A stretch of 64,000 bases of DNA, taken from Ginglymostoma cirratum. Its lineage: Eukaryota. Below the pieces are notes generated by a model. That model did no database searches, was not told the origin of the DNA, and saw nothing but the letters and a program-made list of their open reading frames with translations. A program made the position numbers and the translations under genes. Position 1 is the first letter of the stretch, and the number at the start of each line of letters is the position of its first letter. Of this stretch, positions 23,620 through 36,310 are shown piece by piece. The DNA is taken from assembly GCA_024137785.1 (NCBI GenBank), contig JAHRHZ010000016.1, forward strand, positions 33,817,339-33,881,338, read 5' to 3'.

Positions 23620-25805
23620 TCCTTATTATAAAAATTCCAGTTTCTCCATTACATCTGTTCTGATGATATTACATAGCATGCCAATGCTTTTGACATGTCT
23701 TCTTTTCTCCTCAATAAAGAATTGCCACTGAGCAAGGTTAATAAGGTCCTCCCACTTCATGCACCTGTTCTCACCTCTTACTCTTTCTCCTAGAACCATA
23801 AGGTTCCTGTCCTCACCTTCCACATAACTAACCTCTATATTCAGGGCATCTTCTGTTATTTTCCCCATACCCAATGAAATTCATCACCAAATATCTTTCC
23901 CACCATCCCCTTTTCCCTATCTTTAGGGATCATTCTTAGGTGACATGAGAGTGACAGCCCTTGACAGCAAGGCCACATTCAACCGAGTGTGGCATAAAGG
24001 AACCCTAGCAAAACTGGAATCAATGGGTATCAGGTGGAAAACGCTCCACTAGTTGGAGCTATATCTGGCACATGTCTGGTTGTTGGAGATCTGTCATCTC
24101 AGCTCTAAGACATCTCTGCAGGAGTTCATCAGGGAAGTGTCCTAGGTCCAACCATCTTCAGCTGCTTCATCAAATGACTTTCCCTCCACCCTAAGGTCAA
24201 AGGTGGGGATGTTCCCTAATGATCGCACAATGTTCAGTACCGTTCATGACTCTTCAGTACTGAAGCAGTCTAAGTTCAAATGCAACAAGATCTGGACAAT
24301 ATCCAGGCTTGGGCTGACAAATGACAAGTAATGTTCACACCATACAAAAGCAGGACAATGGCCATCACCAATAAGAGACTATCTAACCACCATCCCTTGA
24401 CATTCATTGGTGTTACTATCACTGTATCCCCTACTATCAACATTTAGGGGTTATCATTGACCAGAAACTCAACTGGATTCATCACATAAACACAGTGGCT
24501 ACAAGGGCAAGTCAGATGCTAGGAATACTGCAGCCAGTAACTCACCTCCTGACTCCCCAAAGCCTGTTCATCGTCTACAAGGCATAAGTCGGGAGTGTCA
24601 TGGAATACTCCTCATTTGCCCAGATGGGTGCAGCTCCAAACACATTTGCTTGACACTATCCGGGACAAAATAGCCCACTTGATTGGCACCACATTCACAA
24701 ACATCACTCCCTTCACCACTGTCACTCAGTAGTACTTACTGCTGCTATCTACAAGATGCACTGCAAAAATCAGACAGCACCTTCCCAACCCACAACCATT
24801 TCTATCCAGTAGGACAAGGGCAGCAGATACACAGGAAAACCAGCATCTACAAGTTTCCCTCCAAGTCATTCACTGTTCTGACTTGGAAATATATCATCAT
24901 TCCTTCACTGTTGCCGGGTCAAAATCCTGGAAATCCCTCCCTAAGGGCATTGTTGGTCAACCCGCAGCACGTGGACTGTAGTGATTCAAAAAGGTACTAT
25001 CTTTTCGAGGTCAACTAGGGACAGGCAGTAAATGCTGGCTAGCCAGTGACACTCATTTCCCATGAGTGAATTTTAAAAAATTCCTTCCACAACACCAGAC
25101 ACCGGTCCTCAGTCACCTCTTCCCATGGCACCAATCTGTGCAAACATAGGTAATGCACCTTTCACATTCTCCCCTCTCGTTGATTTACTTGTACTTCTAT
25201 AAATTTAGTATACTTTATTCTCTGCTGATCATGTGGTCACTTCTATACTGAGGAGACCATAGCAGAGTGAGTTACAGAACGCTTCCGTTCTGTCTGCAAG
25301 AACAATTTCCTGAACTTCTAGTTATGTGTCAATTTAATTCTCCACCTTGCTTCCATGCTGGCCTCTCTGTCGACGGCCTTCGATGCTGTTCCAGTCAAAC
25401 TCACAAGCTGAAAGAACAATGCCTTATCTTTTAACTCAGCACTCTACAGCTTTTTGGATTTAACATTAAATCCAAGAACTTTAGACCATAACCTCCATCT
25501 CCATTTTGTTCTGTTATTCTTTTGTTCTTCCGTTTTGTTTTGATGGTTTGGTCCTTGCTTTCTTAATATTAAATTCAAACGGATTTTATGCATCAATTAT
25601 GTTTTCACAAAACATCTTTTTTCTTTATTGTATACACTATTGTTCTTTTTGGCTGTTGCATCTTTTGTAATTTAACCTTCCCTGGTTTCCATCTTTACAC
25701 AAGTCTTTTTCTTTGGTTTTCATGCCCATCCTTGCTTCACTGGGTTAAAAAATCTTTCATATTTCTCTTCAGTTCTAATTAAAGGGCATTGACTAGAAAT
25801 GTCGA
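23620..25805 (+). mobile_element. Decayed Penelope-like retroelement (RT C-terminus, GIY-YIG endonuclease, 3' repeat), interrupted by a CR1-like LINE
   Basis: FQFLHYICSDDIT*HANAFDMSSFLLNKELP (~23635); FTCTSINLVYFILC*SCGHFYTEET (~25184, GIY-YIG); TLQLFGFNIKSKNFRP* (~25441); degenerate hammerhead at 25775-25803. Confidence 0.75.
23940..25080 (+). mobile_element. 5'-truncated CR1-clade LINE with intact 3' end, nested in the Penelope remnant
   Basis: Decayed RT motifs (VTALDSKATFNRVWHKG; QGSVLGP; MEYSS); 3' tail AAATGCTGGCTAGCCAGTGACACTCATTTCCCATGAGTGAATTTTAAAAAA. Confidence 0.8.
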
Positions 25806-27419
25806 GGAAAAAAAACATAAAAATAACTTATATAGATCTGAATGATGTGAGCTATGGTGAGGTTGTAGCAGGATTAGGTGAGAGGACTGGTGAGGCCAAT
25901 CGGTGTCTTTACTGAGCAGTGAAGCAAATTTTTCACTAGGCAGGGGTGAGTTGCCAATTAAGCAGATATATGGCTTGCTCAACACCTTACTAACGGCACA
26001 ACTTGCTTCATTAATATTCGGTTTCCTATCTTACCAAATGTGCTGAACAATCTAGATCGCAAAAATTCTCAACATGAACGTCAAAGAGGATACCAGGCAA
26101 CTTCAGCTCAATGCTTGTTCCAAAGGACCTTCATGTTGGACATTGGTGTCCAATGTCTCAGGGCAGCTCCAAGGGCACAGATCACATATTACCCCATGTT
26201 CATGGATCTTGGCATGCCACATTTGCCATGAGGCTGCCACATCTCTGAACCACTGACATGATGCTTCTGCACTTTAATGCTGTACCTCAGCATCCATCAT
26301 TGTAATGTTGCAGCAAGAACACTGTGCTGTCAGGGATACATGCCCAACTCATGAGCTGAGCTAGGCTGCATCTCCAGCCAGTTATTTTGCAGTCATTGCA
26401 CTCACTCACTCTAAGACTACTTGGATCCCTGCCTTGCCTTGCTTTTTGCACATTGTTTCCCCCGTCCAGAGATACCATGCTCACAAGACTGCTGTATTTC
26501 CTTGCTGTTTAGCGCAGACATGCAAGAAGTAAGCTTTTCATGATTGTCAGCATTCAACTGTCATGTCAAAGGACATAGCCTTCATTCAGGTCCTGGCACA
26601 GTAAGTCAAGGATAACGTCTAATACCTGTCCCAGAACTTGGATATGGTCAGTCAGCCACTCTAATTGGTCAGAGAGAGGATCCTCTCCACACAAACCTAA
26701 AGAATAACATTCTTCGTAACTTTATGTTGAGCTGTGGGAACCTCATATATGGTCAAGAAATCAAGAAAACCCACTAGGCCTTGTGGAAACAAACCCATCA
26801 AAAGACTCAATGCAACTTACACTGAGCAAAGATATGTAAAATTCAGCCAATTAACTGTTTTTCTCTACATAAGCTACCTAATCTGTTTTTTTCAGGTATT
26901 TTTAAAAAGAGTTAAATATCTTTCACTGTACTTCATTTTTAAATTCTTAGGTACAGTATTTTATTGAAATTGCCACTTTTATTTTGAAGTGTTACAGGTT
27001 ATACCCCTGTCCCAGCCAATATTTGTCCATCAATCAACATTATGAAAACAGTTTAACTGGACTGGGGAGCTTGCCGCATCCTAATTAGCTTCTGCATTTC
27101 TTCAGTTTACAACCATGACTATGTTCAAAAAAGAACTTTGTTGACTATAAGTAGTTTTCATTTGGTGAAAAGTAACAACTGACTGCAAATGAAAACAGAA
27201 AATGTTGGAGAACGTCGCCAGGCCTGGCAGTGTCTACGGAGAGATGAACAATTAATGTTCTAAATCTAAAGTGGCTGTTTCTTTCTCTCTCCAAAGATGC
27301 TGCCAGGCCTGCAGAGTTTCTCCTGTACCTTTTTGCCTTTATTTCAGATTGCCAGCATCCATAATATTTTGTGTTTATATGACTCCAAGTCTTTTTATTT
27401 CTTGTTTCAGTTAAGGATG

Positions 27420-27985
27420 TGAATAGGTGGCTGTATAAGACATTGGTTAGGCTACTTTTGGAACACTGTGTTCAATTTTGGAATACTATGTTCAGTTTTG
27501 GTCTTCCTGCTATAGGAAAGATGTTGTTAAAAGGGTGCAGAAAAGATTAACAAGGATGCTGCTGGGGTTGGAGAGTTTGAGCTGTAGGGAAAGGCTGAAT
27601 AGGCTGGGGCTATTTTCCCTGGAGCATGTGAAGCTGAAGGGTGAGCTTAGAGAGGTTTATAAAATCATGAGGGGCACGGATGGGGTGAATAGCCAAGGTG
27701 TTTTCCCCCAGTGTAGGACAAAACTAAGGTGAGAGGGGAAATTTTTAAAAGAGACCTAAGGAACAACTTTTTCAAGCAGTGTGTAGTGCGTGTGTGCCAG
27801 AGGAGTTGGTGGAGGTTGATACAATTACAACATTTAAAAGGCATCCGGATGGTATATGAATAAGAAGGGTTTAGAAGGATATGGGCCAAATGGTGGCAAA
27901 TGGAATAAGGTTCATTTAGGATATTTGGTTGGCATGGACAAGTCGGACCTAAGGGTCTGTTTCCGTGCTGTACATCTCTTTGACT
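27420..27985 (+). mobile_element. CR1 (HER1-like) 3' fragment
   Basis: EYYVQFWSSCYRKDV..RLNRLGLFSLE; 3' UTR GGTCTGTTTCCGTGCTGTA. Confidence 0.88.
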
Positions 27986-27999
27986 TTGTAAGTACTTAA

Positions 28000-29500
28000 A
28001 GGAAATGTGGGCGTCAATGGGATGTCGATAGCCATGACGTGCTTTCTTCACTCGGAAGGAGGGGTCTCAGTGTTCACAGAGAGACAGGACAAGGCGGATT
28101 CGAGTCTACTCCGGAGATTGTCCCTGGCTACTTCAACCTAGGAAACCCAGTGAGTTACTTACCGGCCGCCGAAATGCGGATTATTCCTTGTTAATTTTTG
28201 TCTTGACGCTGGAGTCATGTTAACCAAAATCATAGTTAGTTATAAGACATTATTATTTTATCAAACTGGATGAAACGTGGTTTACCGGCTACTTGTAAAT
28301 AGGTAACACAATATTTAAAACCGGACACCGATTACAGATCGACCCGGGAGCAGAAACGCGCGGTTTGATCTCTTAAAAATCTGAGGATCTTCCCGTTTTC
28401 GGAGATCGCCGTGTGTTTGGCGCCTACATGTTGTTTTATTGTTTCGGTAAACGTGTTTCTACATTGTTCCATCGGTTCAAGAAATCCGGTTTATATTAAA
28501 AACATTTGGATGACCCGGGAGACTTAAAGAGGTTTCAACTTAAGACGCACTATCAGTCAAATTTTAAGAAAAGTAGGTGGCGAGACCGGAGTGGAATTGA
28601 AATTCACGCGCTGCGCCGGCTGGCCGTGTAGTACTAACATTTTACACGTAACAGACACATAAAATCCAATTTGGGTCACTTTTACCGGCATGAAGAACGA
28701 CAATTCCCCGGTCCGGAGAAGGGATCGTAAACCGTGTGAGAGGTTTGTTGATGGTGTGTGGTGGGAGCGGGGGAGGGGACGGCCATCGATGTGAACATTG
28801 CATCAGCCACCAGCTCAAACTTTGGCCCACTTTCCGCGTTGCCACGAGCAACCAACCGTCTGTCCATGTGGTCTCGCGCAAACCCCACTACCCGCCTTCA
28901 GTCCTCATAAACTCCCGGGAAAAAAACCTAATTAATTCTTCATTTCGCATCTTTCCAACTAAAACCCGAATATGCGTATGTGTGTGAGTTTTACAGACTG
29001 CGGGAAGGGGCAGGACATGACTGTTCTAGGACATGGGCCACTAAAAGGAAATCAAACCAAAAAAAACCCTTAAAAATAAAGAACTGTGGTTGCTGGAAAT
29101 CAGAAGTTGTTGGAAAAACTTCACATTTGTGTGGAAAAAGAGCAGAGTTCACGTTTCAGTGACCCTTCACGTTTAGCTTTCCAATGAGATGATTCTTTAA
29201 ACCAGGCGGATGCCAAAAATATGACGAGAATAGCAAACGTCGAATTGTTCATTCTGTTCCAACTTTTTTTTTAAAAAAATTAGTCCCACTGGAAAGGAAA
29301 CAGTGTTGGGTCCATCTGGGGGGAAACCGTTCAAAAACAACCTGCGGATGATGTCGTTTGTGCAAAATTGGCCCGAGTTTCCTGTTCCGAGTGTGCACTT
29401 ATTTTTTTTAAATGTTCTGTGCAAACCGCAACAGAAACTTACTGGTTTGTGCGACCGGATAACAGCGTTTATGACAAGTTACGCTTTCAGCAAATGTCAC
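28000..29500. promoter_or_regulatory. CpG island-like region, probable promoter / non-coding first exon of SLC7A3
   Basis: Much higher CpG density than the background, little repeat content; AACATTGCATCA at 28794-28805; donor-like CA|GTGAGT at 28149. Confidence 0.6.
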
Positions 29501-29903
29501 CCTGTTGGATTATTTAGTCTCTGTTAAAAACTGGCATAAGTCGAGCAGAATTCAGAGTAAGCAGCTAGACCAGATAGTGTGCATACGAGTGTTTCTTATG
29601 TATCAAATTTAAAGTTTGAAGCCTTGCTCATTAGGCATGACGTCTTCAAAACAAAACAGTTGTGGAAACTTTCCATTTTTAAGGCAAATTGTTTCCAATA
29701 TAAAGGTACAGTGAAAATACATTAAAAGCATCTCCAGTCTCAATGACGAGGTTTTTTTAAAAAACCATGACGAAATAAAAATATGACTTCGATTCTGCTG
29801 CACTGTTACTGGAGGATGGAAACCATTTAATATTTTGCAGAATCAATTGAAAGGATTAAACAAATCGGAATGTGAACAGGCATAACGTGCCTCTATCTTT
29901 TCC

Positions 29904-30436
29904 GAGATAGTGGGAACTGCCGATGCTGGGGAATCTGAGATTACAAGGTGTAGNNNNNNNNNNNNNNNNNNNNNNNNNNNNNNNNNNNNNNNNNNNNNNN
30001 NNNNNNNNNNNNNNNNNNNNNNNNNNNNNNNNNNNNNNNNNNNNNNNNNNNNNNNNNNNNNNNNNNNNNNNNNNNNNNNNNNNNNNNNNNNNNNNNNNNN
30101 NNNNNNNNNNNNNNNNNNNNNNNNNNNNNNNNNNNNNNNNNNNNNNNNNNNNNNNNNNNNNNNNNNNNNNNNNNNNNNNNNNNNNNNNNNNNNNNNNNNN
30201 NNNNNNNNNNNNNNNNNNNNNNNNNNNNNNNNNNNNNNNNNNNNNNNNNNNNNNNNNNNNNNNNNNNNNNNNNNNNNNNNNNNNNNNNNNNNNNNNNNNN
30301 NNNNNNNNNNNNNNNNNNNNNNNNNNNNNNNNNNNNNNNNNNNNNNNNNNNNNAGGAAGGGTCCAGACCCGAAACGTCAGCTTTCCTGCTCTTCTGATGC
30401 TGCTTGGCCTGCTGTGTTCATCCAGCGCTACACCTT
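29904..30436. mobile_element. Penelope-type element termini in inverted orientation flanking the assembly gap
   Basis: 29904-29953 matches the reverse complement of the tail of the 17201-17337 repeat; 30354-30436 is the same repeat forward, with AGGAAGGGTCCAGACCCGAAACGTC. Confidence 0.65.
29954..30353. other. Assembly gap (400 N)
   Basis: Run of N. Confidence 1.
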
Positions 30437-31344
30437 CTAATCCCTTCATCTTTTCCAGCAGGTTTTGACATAGAAATGTTGTTGCTATATCATAGGTTTT
30501 CAGGAATTTCCAGGTCTATATTCTCCATATGTTTATAAATGTAAAGGTAGCAAATGGTTTAGGGAGAGTTTCACAGTTCAATTGATATGAATGTATGGCT
30601 TCGAGTGTGGGGTGTAGCAAACCACAAACTGGAGGAGAATTAAGAATTTGGGCTTGTATCAGCAGTTTGCTTAATGATGCGGCTCACTGGGGTAGTGCAT
30701 TGAAATAAAGACAGCTGTTAAAATGGCATATGCTATTTATACCATGTTTATTTAAACTTTGCTTATTGTGTTGCTTCTCTAAGCTAACAATTATTCTGTT
30801 CTCTGATTTTTTTTTACCTTAATGGATTGCATAAGGATGAATTTTTGAAAACTATTAAATTTAAATCACTGTTCCCAATACGTTGCACACATTTCAAGCT
30901 GCTGATAATCAGATCTTGGTGTTCTCGGATATGATTTATCCCATTTAATGAAGCAACAATGTAAGAACAATCTGTTCTGAGCCTCCAAGTGAATAAGAAA
31001 TATAACATGTACCCCGAGAGCTTTAGATATATACAGCTTGTTATAATCTATATTTTTTTTTTAATTCTGCCTGGAGAATAAATTTGGTATTTGATTTGGT
31101 TTGCTTTTGCACAAAATATTTAAATTAATTCCAATACTAATTCCATTTGAGATAGGTGAGATTATGTATCTGTCATTTGATTGGAGTAAATACTTGATCA
31201 GTTTGTTGCATGAGTACTATGGGTTACTGTCACATGTCAGATTAGAAACTCCCTACAATATTTCTATGCCTATCACCATTAAAAACAATGTTGGACAAAA
31301 AAATCCACATTTTTCTGCCCCTGCCTATGCTGTCAAGCCCTTAG

Positions 31345-32330
31345 ATCCATAGTGAAGTTACAGCTCAAAGAGGCCATTTAGTCCATGTCTGAACCAACTG
31401 AATATACTGGAAACCCACTAATCTCACTTTCCAGGACATGTCCATAGTCTTACAAGTTATAGCCCTTCAGGTGCAAATCCAAATTCCATCTAAACAATTG
31501 GGGGCTTTCCACCTCAGCCAACAAACTGTGCCGCACATTCTAGTCAGCTGCCACCCTCTGGATGAAAAAAAAATCCCTCACATTGTTCCATCGATCACCT
31601 CAAATCTATGTCCCATTGTAATTGTCCGCCCTCCATGAGGGGAAACAAGTTTTTCCTGTCCCCTCTATCCAAGCTCCTCATTATTTCGTACATCTTAATT
31701 AAATCACCCCTCCGCCTCCTTCATTCTAAGGAAAATAACCCTAGTCTATCCAATCTGTCCTCATAGCTGCAACTTTCAAGCCCTGACAACATTCGTGTAA
31801 CTTTAACTTTTTCTAGAGCAGTTGCATTCTTCCTGTAATTTGGTGACCAAACTTATTTTGTACACACAACCCTTGTTGATTAACCAATGTCTTTATACAG
31901 TACTGATATCACCTCTCCTGCTTTTGAATATATTACCCAATGAAGGGAGGCATTCCATATTCTTCTTTTACCACCTTTATATACCTGTCCAGCTGTCTTC
32001 AGAGACCTGTGAACATTCACTCAAAAAGTTTGCATTTCCTCAGTTCACACCCATTATAAATCCCCACGCTATCTTGAAATGCATAACCATGCACTTCTCC
32101 GGATTTTATTTCATTTTGCATTTTAATGCTCACACAACCAAACCATTGATGCCATCCTGCAGCTGACAACCATCCTCATCACCAGTAACTACCCAACTAA
32201 TTTGTGTTTCATCCAATTTTCTAATCCAGTCTCCCATATTTAATTTAAATTGTTAATACATACCACAAACAGCAAGAGACTGATAATGAGCCCTATAGAA
32301 CACCACTGGAAACTACTGCAGCTAGTCAAC
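31345..32330 (-). mobile_element. Older CR1 3' fragment
   Basis: Reverse complement shows the CR1 layout seen in the other copies (..GGGTTATTTTCCTTAGAA.., 3' UTR). Confidence 0.7.
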
Positions 32331-32602
32331 CATTATCCTGTAATACAGTTAACATAGTAGAAATACCTATCAGTTGTCACCAATCAGCTTTTCTCCCTCT
32401 GCCAACTGCAGGAGGCTAAAAGCAGTATAATAAGCAGCACTTCCTCCTATGCTTTTTTGAACACCCTGATACTCACAGACCTCCTTTATCACACTCTTGT
32501 ACAACCAAAGCAGCAATCAATGCACAGAAGGTAGCCCTGATGGAGGCCTCTTGTATTTCCTGAAAACAATTGATTGAAGTTTTAGAAACAGATTGACTAT
32601 TT

Positions 32603-32998
32603 ACAGCTCCTTTCAGAGCTTGTAATTCCCAAATTAAGACTGCAATAGACCTTAACTTCTCTTAACTTATAGTGCTTAATTAGTTGCAAATTCAAGGAAA
32701 AGCTAGACTTCAAATTTAATAAAATCTTTAAACTGTCACACTCACCATCTTCCAAAACCAACAAGACACCTTAAAGGGAGACCTCAACTTATACCTGAAA
32801 ATGATGAACTCAAGCTTCACAAACCAGTTTAAACCAGCCATTAACTAGCTATAGCTCCTCTCAGAGTTTGTATATCCCTGAATTAAGGCTGCAATAAAGC
32901 TCAACTTCTCTGAACTTAAAGGCTAATATTTAATTAATTGCTAAATTAAAGGAAAAAACTAAACTTCATTTTTTTTAAAACCACCTAAGACACTCATA
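32603..32998. repeat. Diverged direct repeat pair (~145-bp similarity blocks, period ~250 bp)
   Basis: AGCTCCTTTCAGAGCTTGTA..AATTAAGACTGCAATA..AACTTCTC..AAGGAAAA..CACTCA recurs at ~32853. Confidence 0.7.
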
Positions 32999-35739
32999 AG
33001 CAGCTTCCAGCCTTTGTTACCTCTATTTACCCCAATTGCCTCCCACATTCTAGCCTCTGAGATGTTGAGTTTGTCAGAAACTCTGCTGCATGTGACCCAG
33101 CTCACGGTTAGCCCCATTCTCTGATCAGCTTTTGCTTGCTAACCGACGTTGGCTTTCCCATTTAAGCAATGTCCTAAATGTCCCTCTGACTGGCTTCTTG
33201 AGCAACCCTGATTTGAATCTTTTCCCCACCCGTGCATTTAGTCGTTAAGGTCCCAAACTCTGAAATTCACTCCTCTCTACCTCTATTTCCTCCTTTTTAA
33301 GGCACAGTTTAAAAAATACTTTATTGACCAAATGATTGGTTATCTGCCCTGATGTTGCTTTTGTGACATTCAAGAGTCCTGTGAAGCTTCCTTGGACATT
33401 TTACTGCACAATGTTGTAGCTGCAGATTTTCTTAAGTTTAATCCTGTAAAATACTTATCACAGAATCAGTTCATTTCTTCGATCTATTTCAGGACTTTTT
33501 TTCCATTAATGCAACAGTTGATCTTGGTGCCACTGGGAAAATGTCAGACATGATTTCTGCTGCTGATGGCTATGGAGTGACTTCCAGTGAAAAGCGCACA
33601 AACAAGTGCTGACTGAGTAGAGGCTCGGATTTGGCTATGAAACTTTCTAGTTGAATAGGTGTCCTAACAGGAAGGAATCTTGTACCTTTTCTGTGGTGGG
33701 TGTTTATTCAGATGGAAGAAAAGCGGATATGCACCCAATGCTTTTTCATCTCCATCCTATTTAACTCTGTGGTAGGAAGGGTGATGGGCAGTTTTCTTGC
33801 CACCAGTTGACACCTATAATGTTCATTTAAGGTCGTCATTGCTGACTCCAATAGAATTAATCAAGCAGTAGGTAGAAGCTCACAATGGCATGTTTATTTG
33901 TTGGCTCCCAGGGGGTATCGTAGTAGAAAGCAATAGAAATTCTCTAGTCATCCACACAACTATGTCATATCTCTCGGTGACCAGCTGATCCGAAATACCA
34001 GTTTTTAGGCTCTCAGCTGGAAATATTTGAAACTCAAAGAGAAATAAAGATGTGTTGTATAAACAAAAACCAATGTATTTGGGAATAAGGATATAGAAAC
34101 ATGAAATATTAGGGAATCTGAAAAAAAGTGGAACTTTTTTTCAGCGTCTGAAAGGGAAAAAACAAATTCTTATTATTTTGGGTGAGAGCACTCAAACTGT
34201 TTACACTTGGATTAAGCAAGGAAAGTGGTTTGGTCCAACAAAATTCCTTTTTGGGACTAGCTATCAATTCTATTTTTCCATCCGTTTTCTCTCCTTTCCA
34301 AGCCTTTTGCCCTGATGGTGCTGATTCATATTAGAGTTCTCTGATACTTAATTTGGCCATTCCTTGTGGGAGCACTTAATTTTTGCCACAGCAATCTGTG
34401 TGTTCCTGCTTTCTAATAAGCTTTCTAATAAGATATTAGTTGTGACTAAAGTGTGTTATATTTTGTGGCAGAAGCTGCAGTAGCTTACTGGCTTATGAGC
34501 ATTTTTAAATTCATTGCAGCACTTCAGTTAAATAAGAGGTAACTTATTCAGAGTCATGGATAAAGGAAAGGAGAAACCAATTGATTTTTAAATTTACTCA
34601 AGCAGTGTCTTCTGTAGGATTGAAATGTTAGTCACTTTGTTTACTGTGGTAACTTCACTGAGCTGTTTAATCAGCTTTGTAAGCACTTATTGTATTCCAA
34701 ATTTTAAAAAGATTACCACAGTAATATCAGCATGAAGTTTAACCAGGAGTTGTTTTTTTTGTGTGTGCGCAGGCCATGCAGTTGAGTTCAACACACCCAG
34801 AAGTATAGGTTTCCAAAATTTCCGGAGGTGTATAACAGCAAAACCTCTAAATGTGGTTCCTGCCGTTAGGGGGCCTAGTTAATATTTTGGTGGGAAGCGT
34901 GCTTTACTGGGCTGGAACCTGCAAGAACACTTGATGAATTAGGGAAGTTGAAAACACCTTCAGGCAACATGGTGGTCTACTGCCCCAATCAGGGGGAAAG
35001 GATCAGATAGTGTTTTGGAGGTTCTGATTGCTGGATGGTGGTCCTGGTTTTGCCAACAGACAAATTGGATGTGTGAGGGGAAAATGTGGAGGTTGTTGTT
35101 TTATGGTTAGCCTGTTTGTGTCTGAAGGAAACATTGCTCCTCTTGGCCCCGTGCAGTGTTATAAAGGCAGTTAACCTCATGGATTCCTTTTTAGACTACC
35201 GTATTTCCTGAAATCTGGATACTAGTTAAAAATATAATGATTGCTGAACTGAAAGCTCAAAGCCTAATTGTAATGTTTAAAGTATCTATTCAACTTCTTC
35301 TTGTCCTGCCTTTGTTAAAACAAGAATTGGATGGGTTTAGTTCCCACCCCAGAATTGAGCTTATTTTCTAATGTGACCCAAGCAAACCATTTTTGAGAAT
35401 TAAGCCCATTACATCAGAAGATGATTTTCACTTGCACTGACTGAACGATGACTTTAACATGGCCTTTGCTATCCCTGACCTAAGGAATCAGGCAGCACTC
35501 CTACATTAGGTCAGATCAGATTTAGACTGAGCATCCATTTGATTTACAGCATATTGCATTATGTGAACTTCCAAATTTAAGTATAACAGAATAACTTCTC
35601 AATCAAAATACTACACTGTTGCATAGACCTTTGGAAGTGTAAATGCCTCTATCCTGAAAGGAATAATTGCACAGACTCTGCTTGCTTTAAGTGCATATGA
35701 ATTTTAATTTTTAAAAAAACTTTTAACTTGCCGCGTGAT

Positions 35740-36310
35740 ACAAGAACATGAGAACAGAAAAAAAAGGAGCAGGAGTAGAACGTACTCCCCATCTGGCCTG
35801 TTCTGCTGTTCTACATGCTCATGGTCAATCCTCTGCTTCAAGCCCACTCTCCATGTCTCTTAATTCCCCAAGAGACTAAAAGTCTATCTGTCTTAAATGT
35901 ATTCACTGATGGTGCATCCACAACCCTGTGGGGCAGAGGGATTCCAATGATTCACCGTTCTTTCAGTGAAATAATCTCTCCTAATCTTAGTCTTATAGCA
36001 TCAGGCCCTCTTGAAACTCTGCCCTGATTTGTGGATTCCGCAGTCAACTGAAACAATTATTATGTCTCCCTGTTGAGCCCTTTCATGATCACCACTCATT
36101 CCATTAGGCTCTAAAGAATATATCCCTAACTAACTAATATGATCCCTAATCAGCCTCTCATCATAGGATAACTTCCTTATCCCAGAAACCAATTTAGTGA
36201 ACCCTCACTGGACTGCTTTAATCCACGTTATCCTTTCTTAAATACGGATTCCAAATTACACACAATATTCCAATTGTGATCTCACCAAAATCTCCTTGTA
36301 GCAAGACTTC
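35740..36310 (-). mobile_element. CR1 3' fragment
   Basis: GAACATGAGAAC..AGGAGCAGGAGTAG is the reverse complement of a CR1 3' end; decayed ORF2 follows. Confidence 0.7.

Noticed and set aside
25880-26700. Possible Harbinger transposase remnant
   Set aside because: Only faint peptide resemblance; cannot be supported without a profile search.
29856-30468. Longest ORFs in the track (176-197 aa)
   Set aside because: Artefacts of translating through 400 N.
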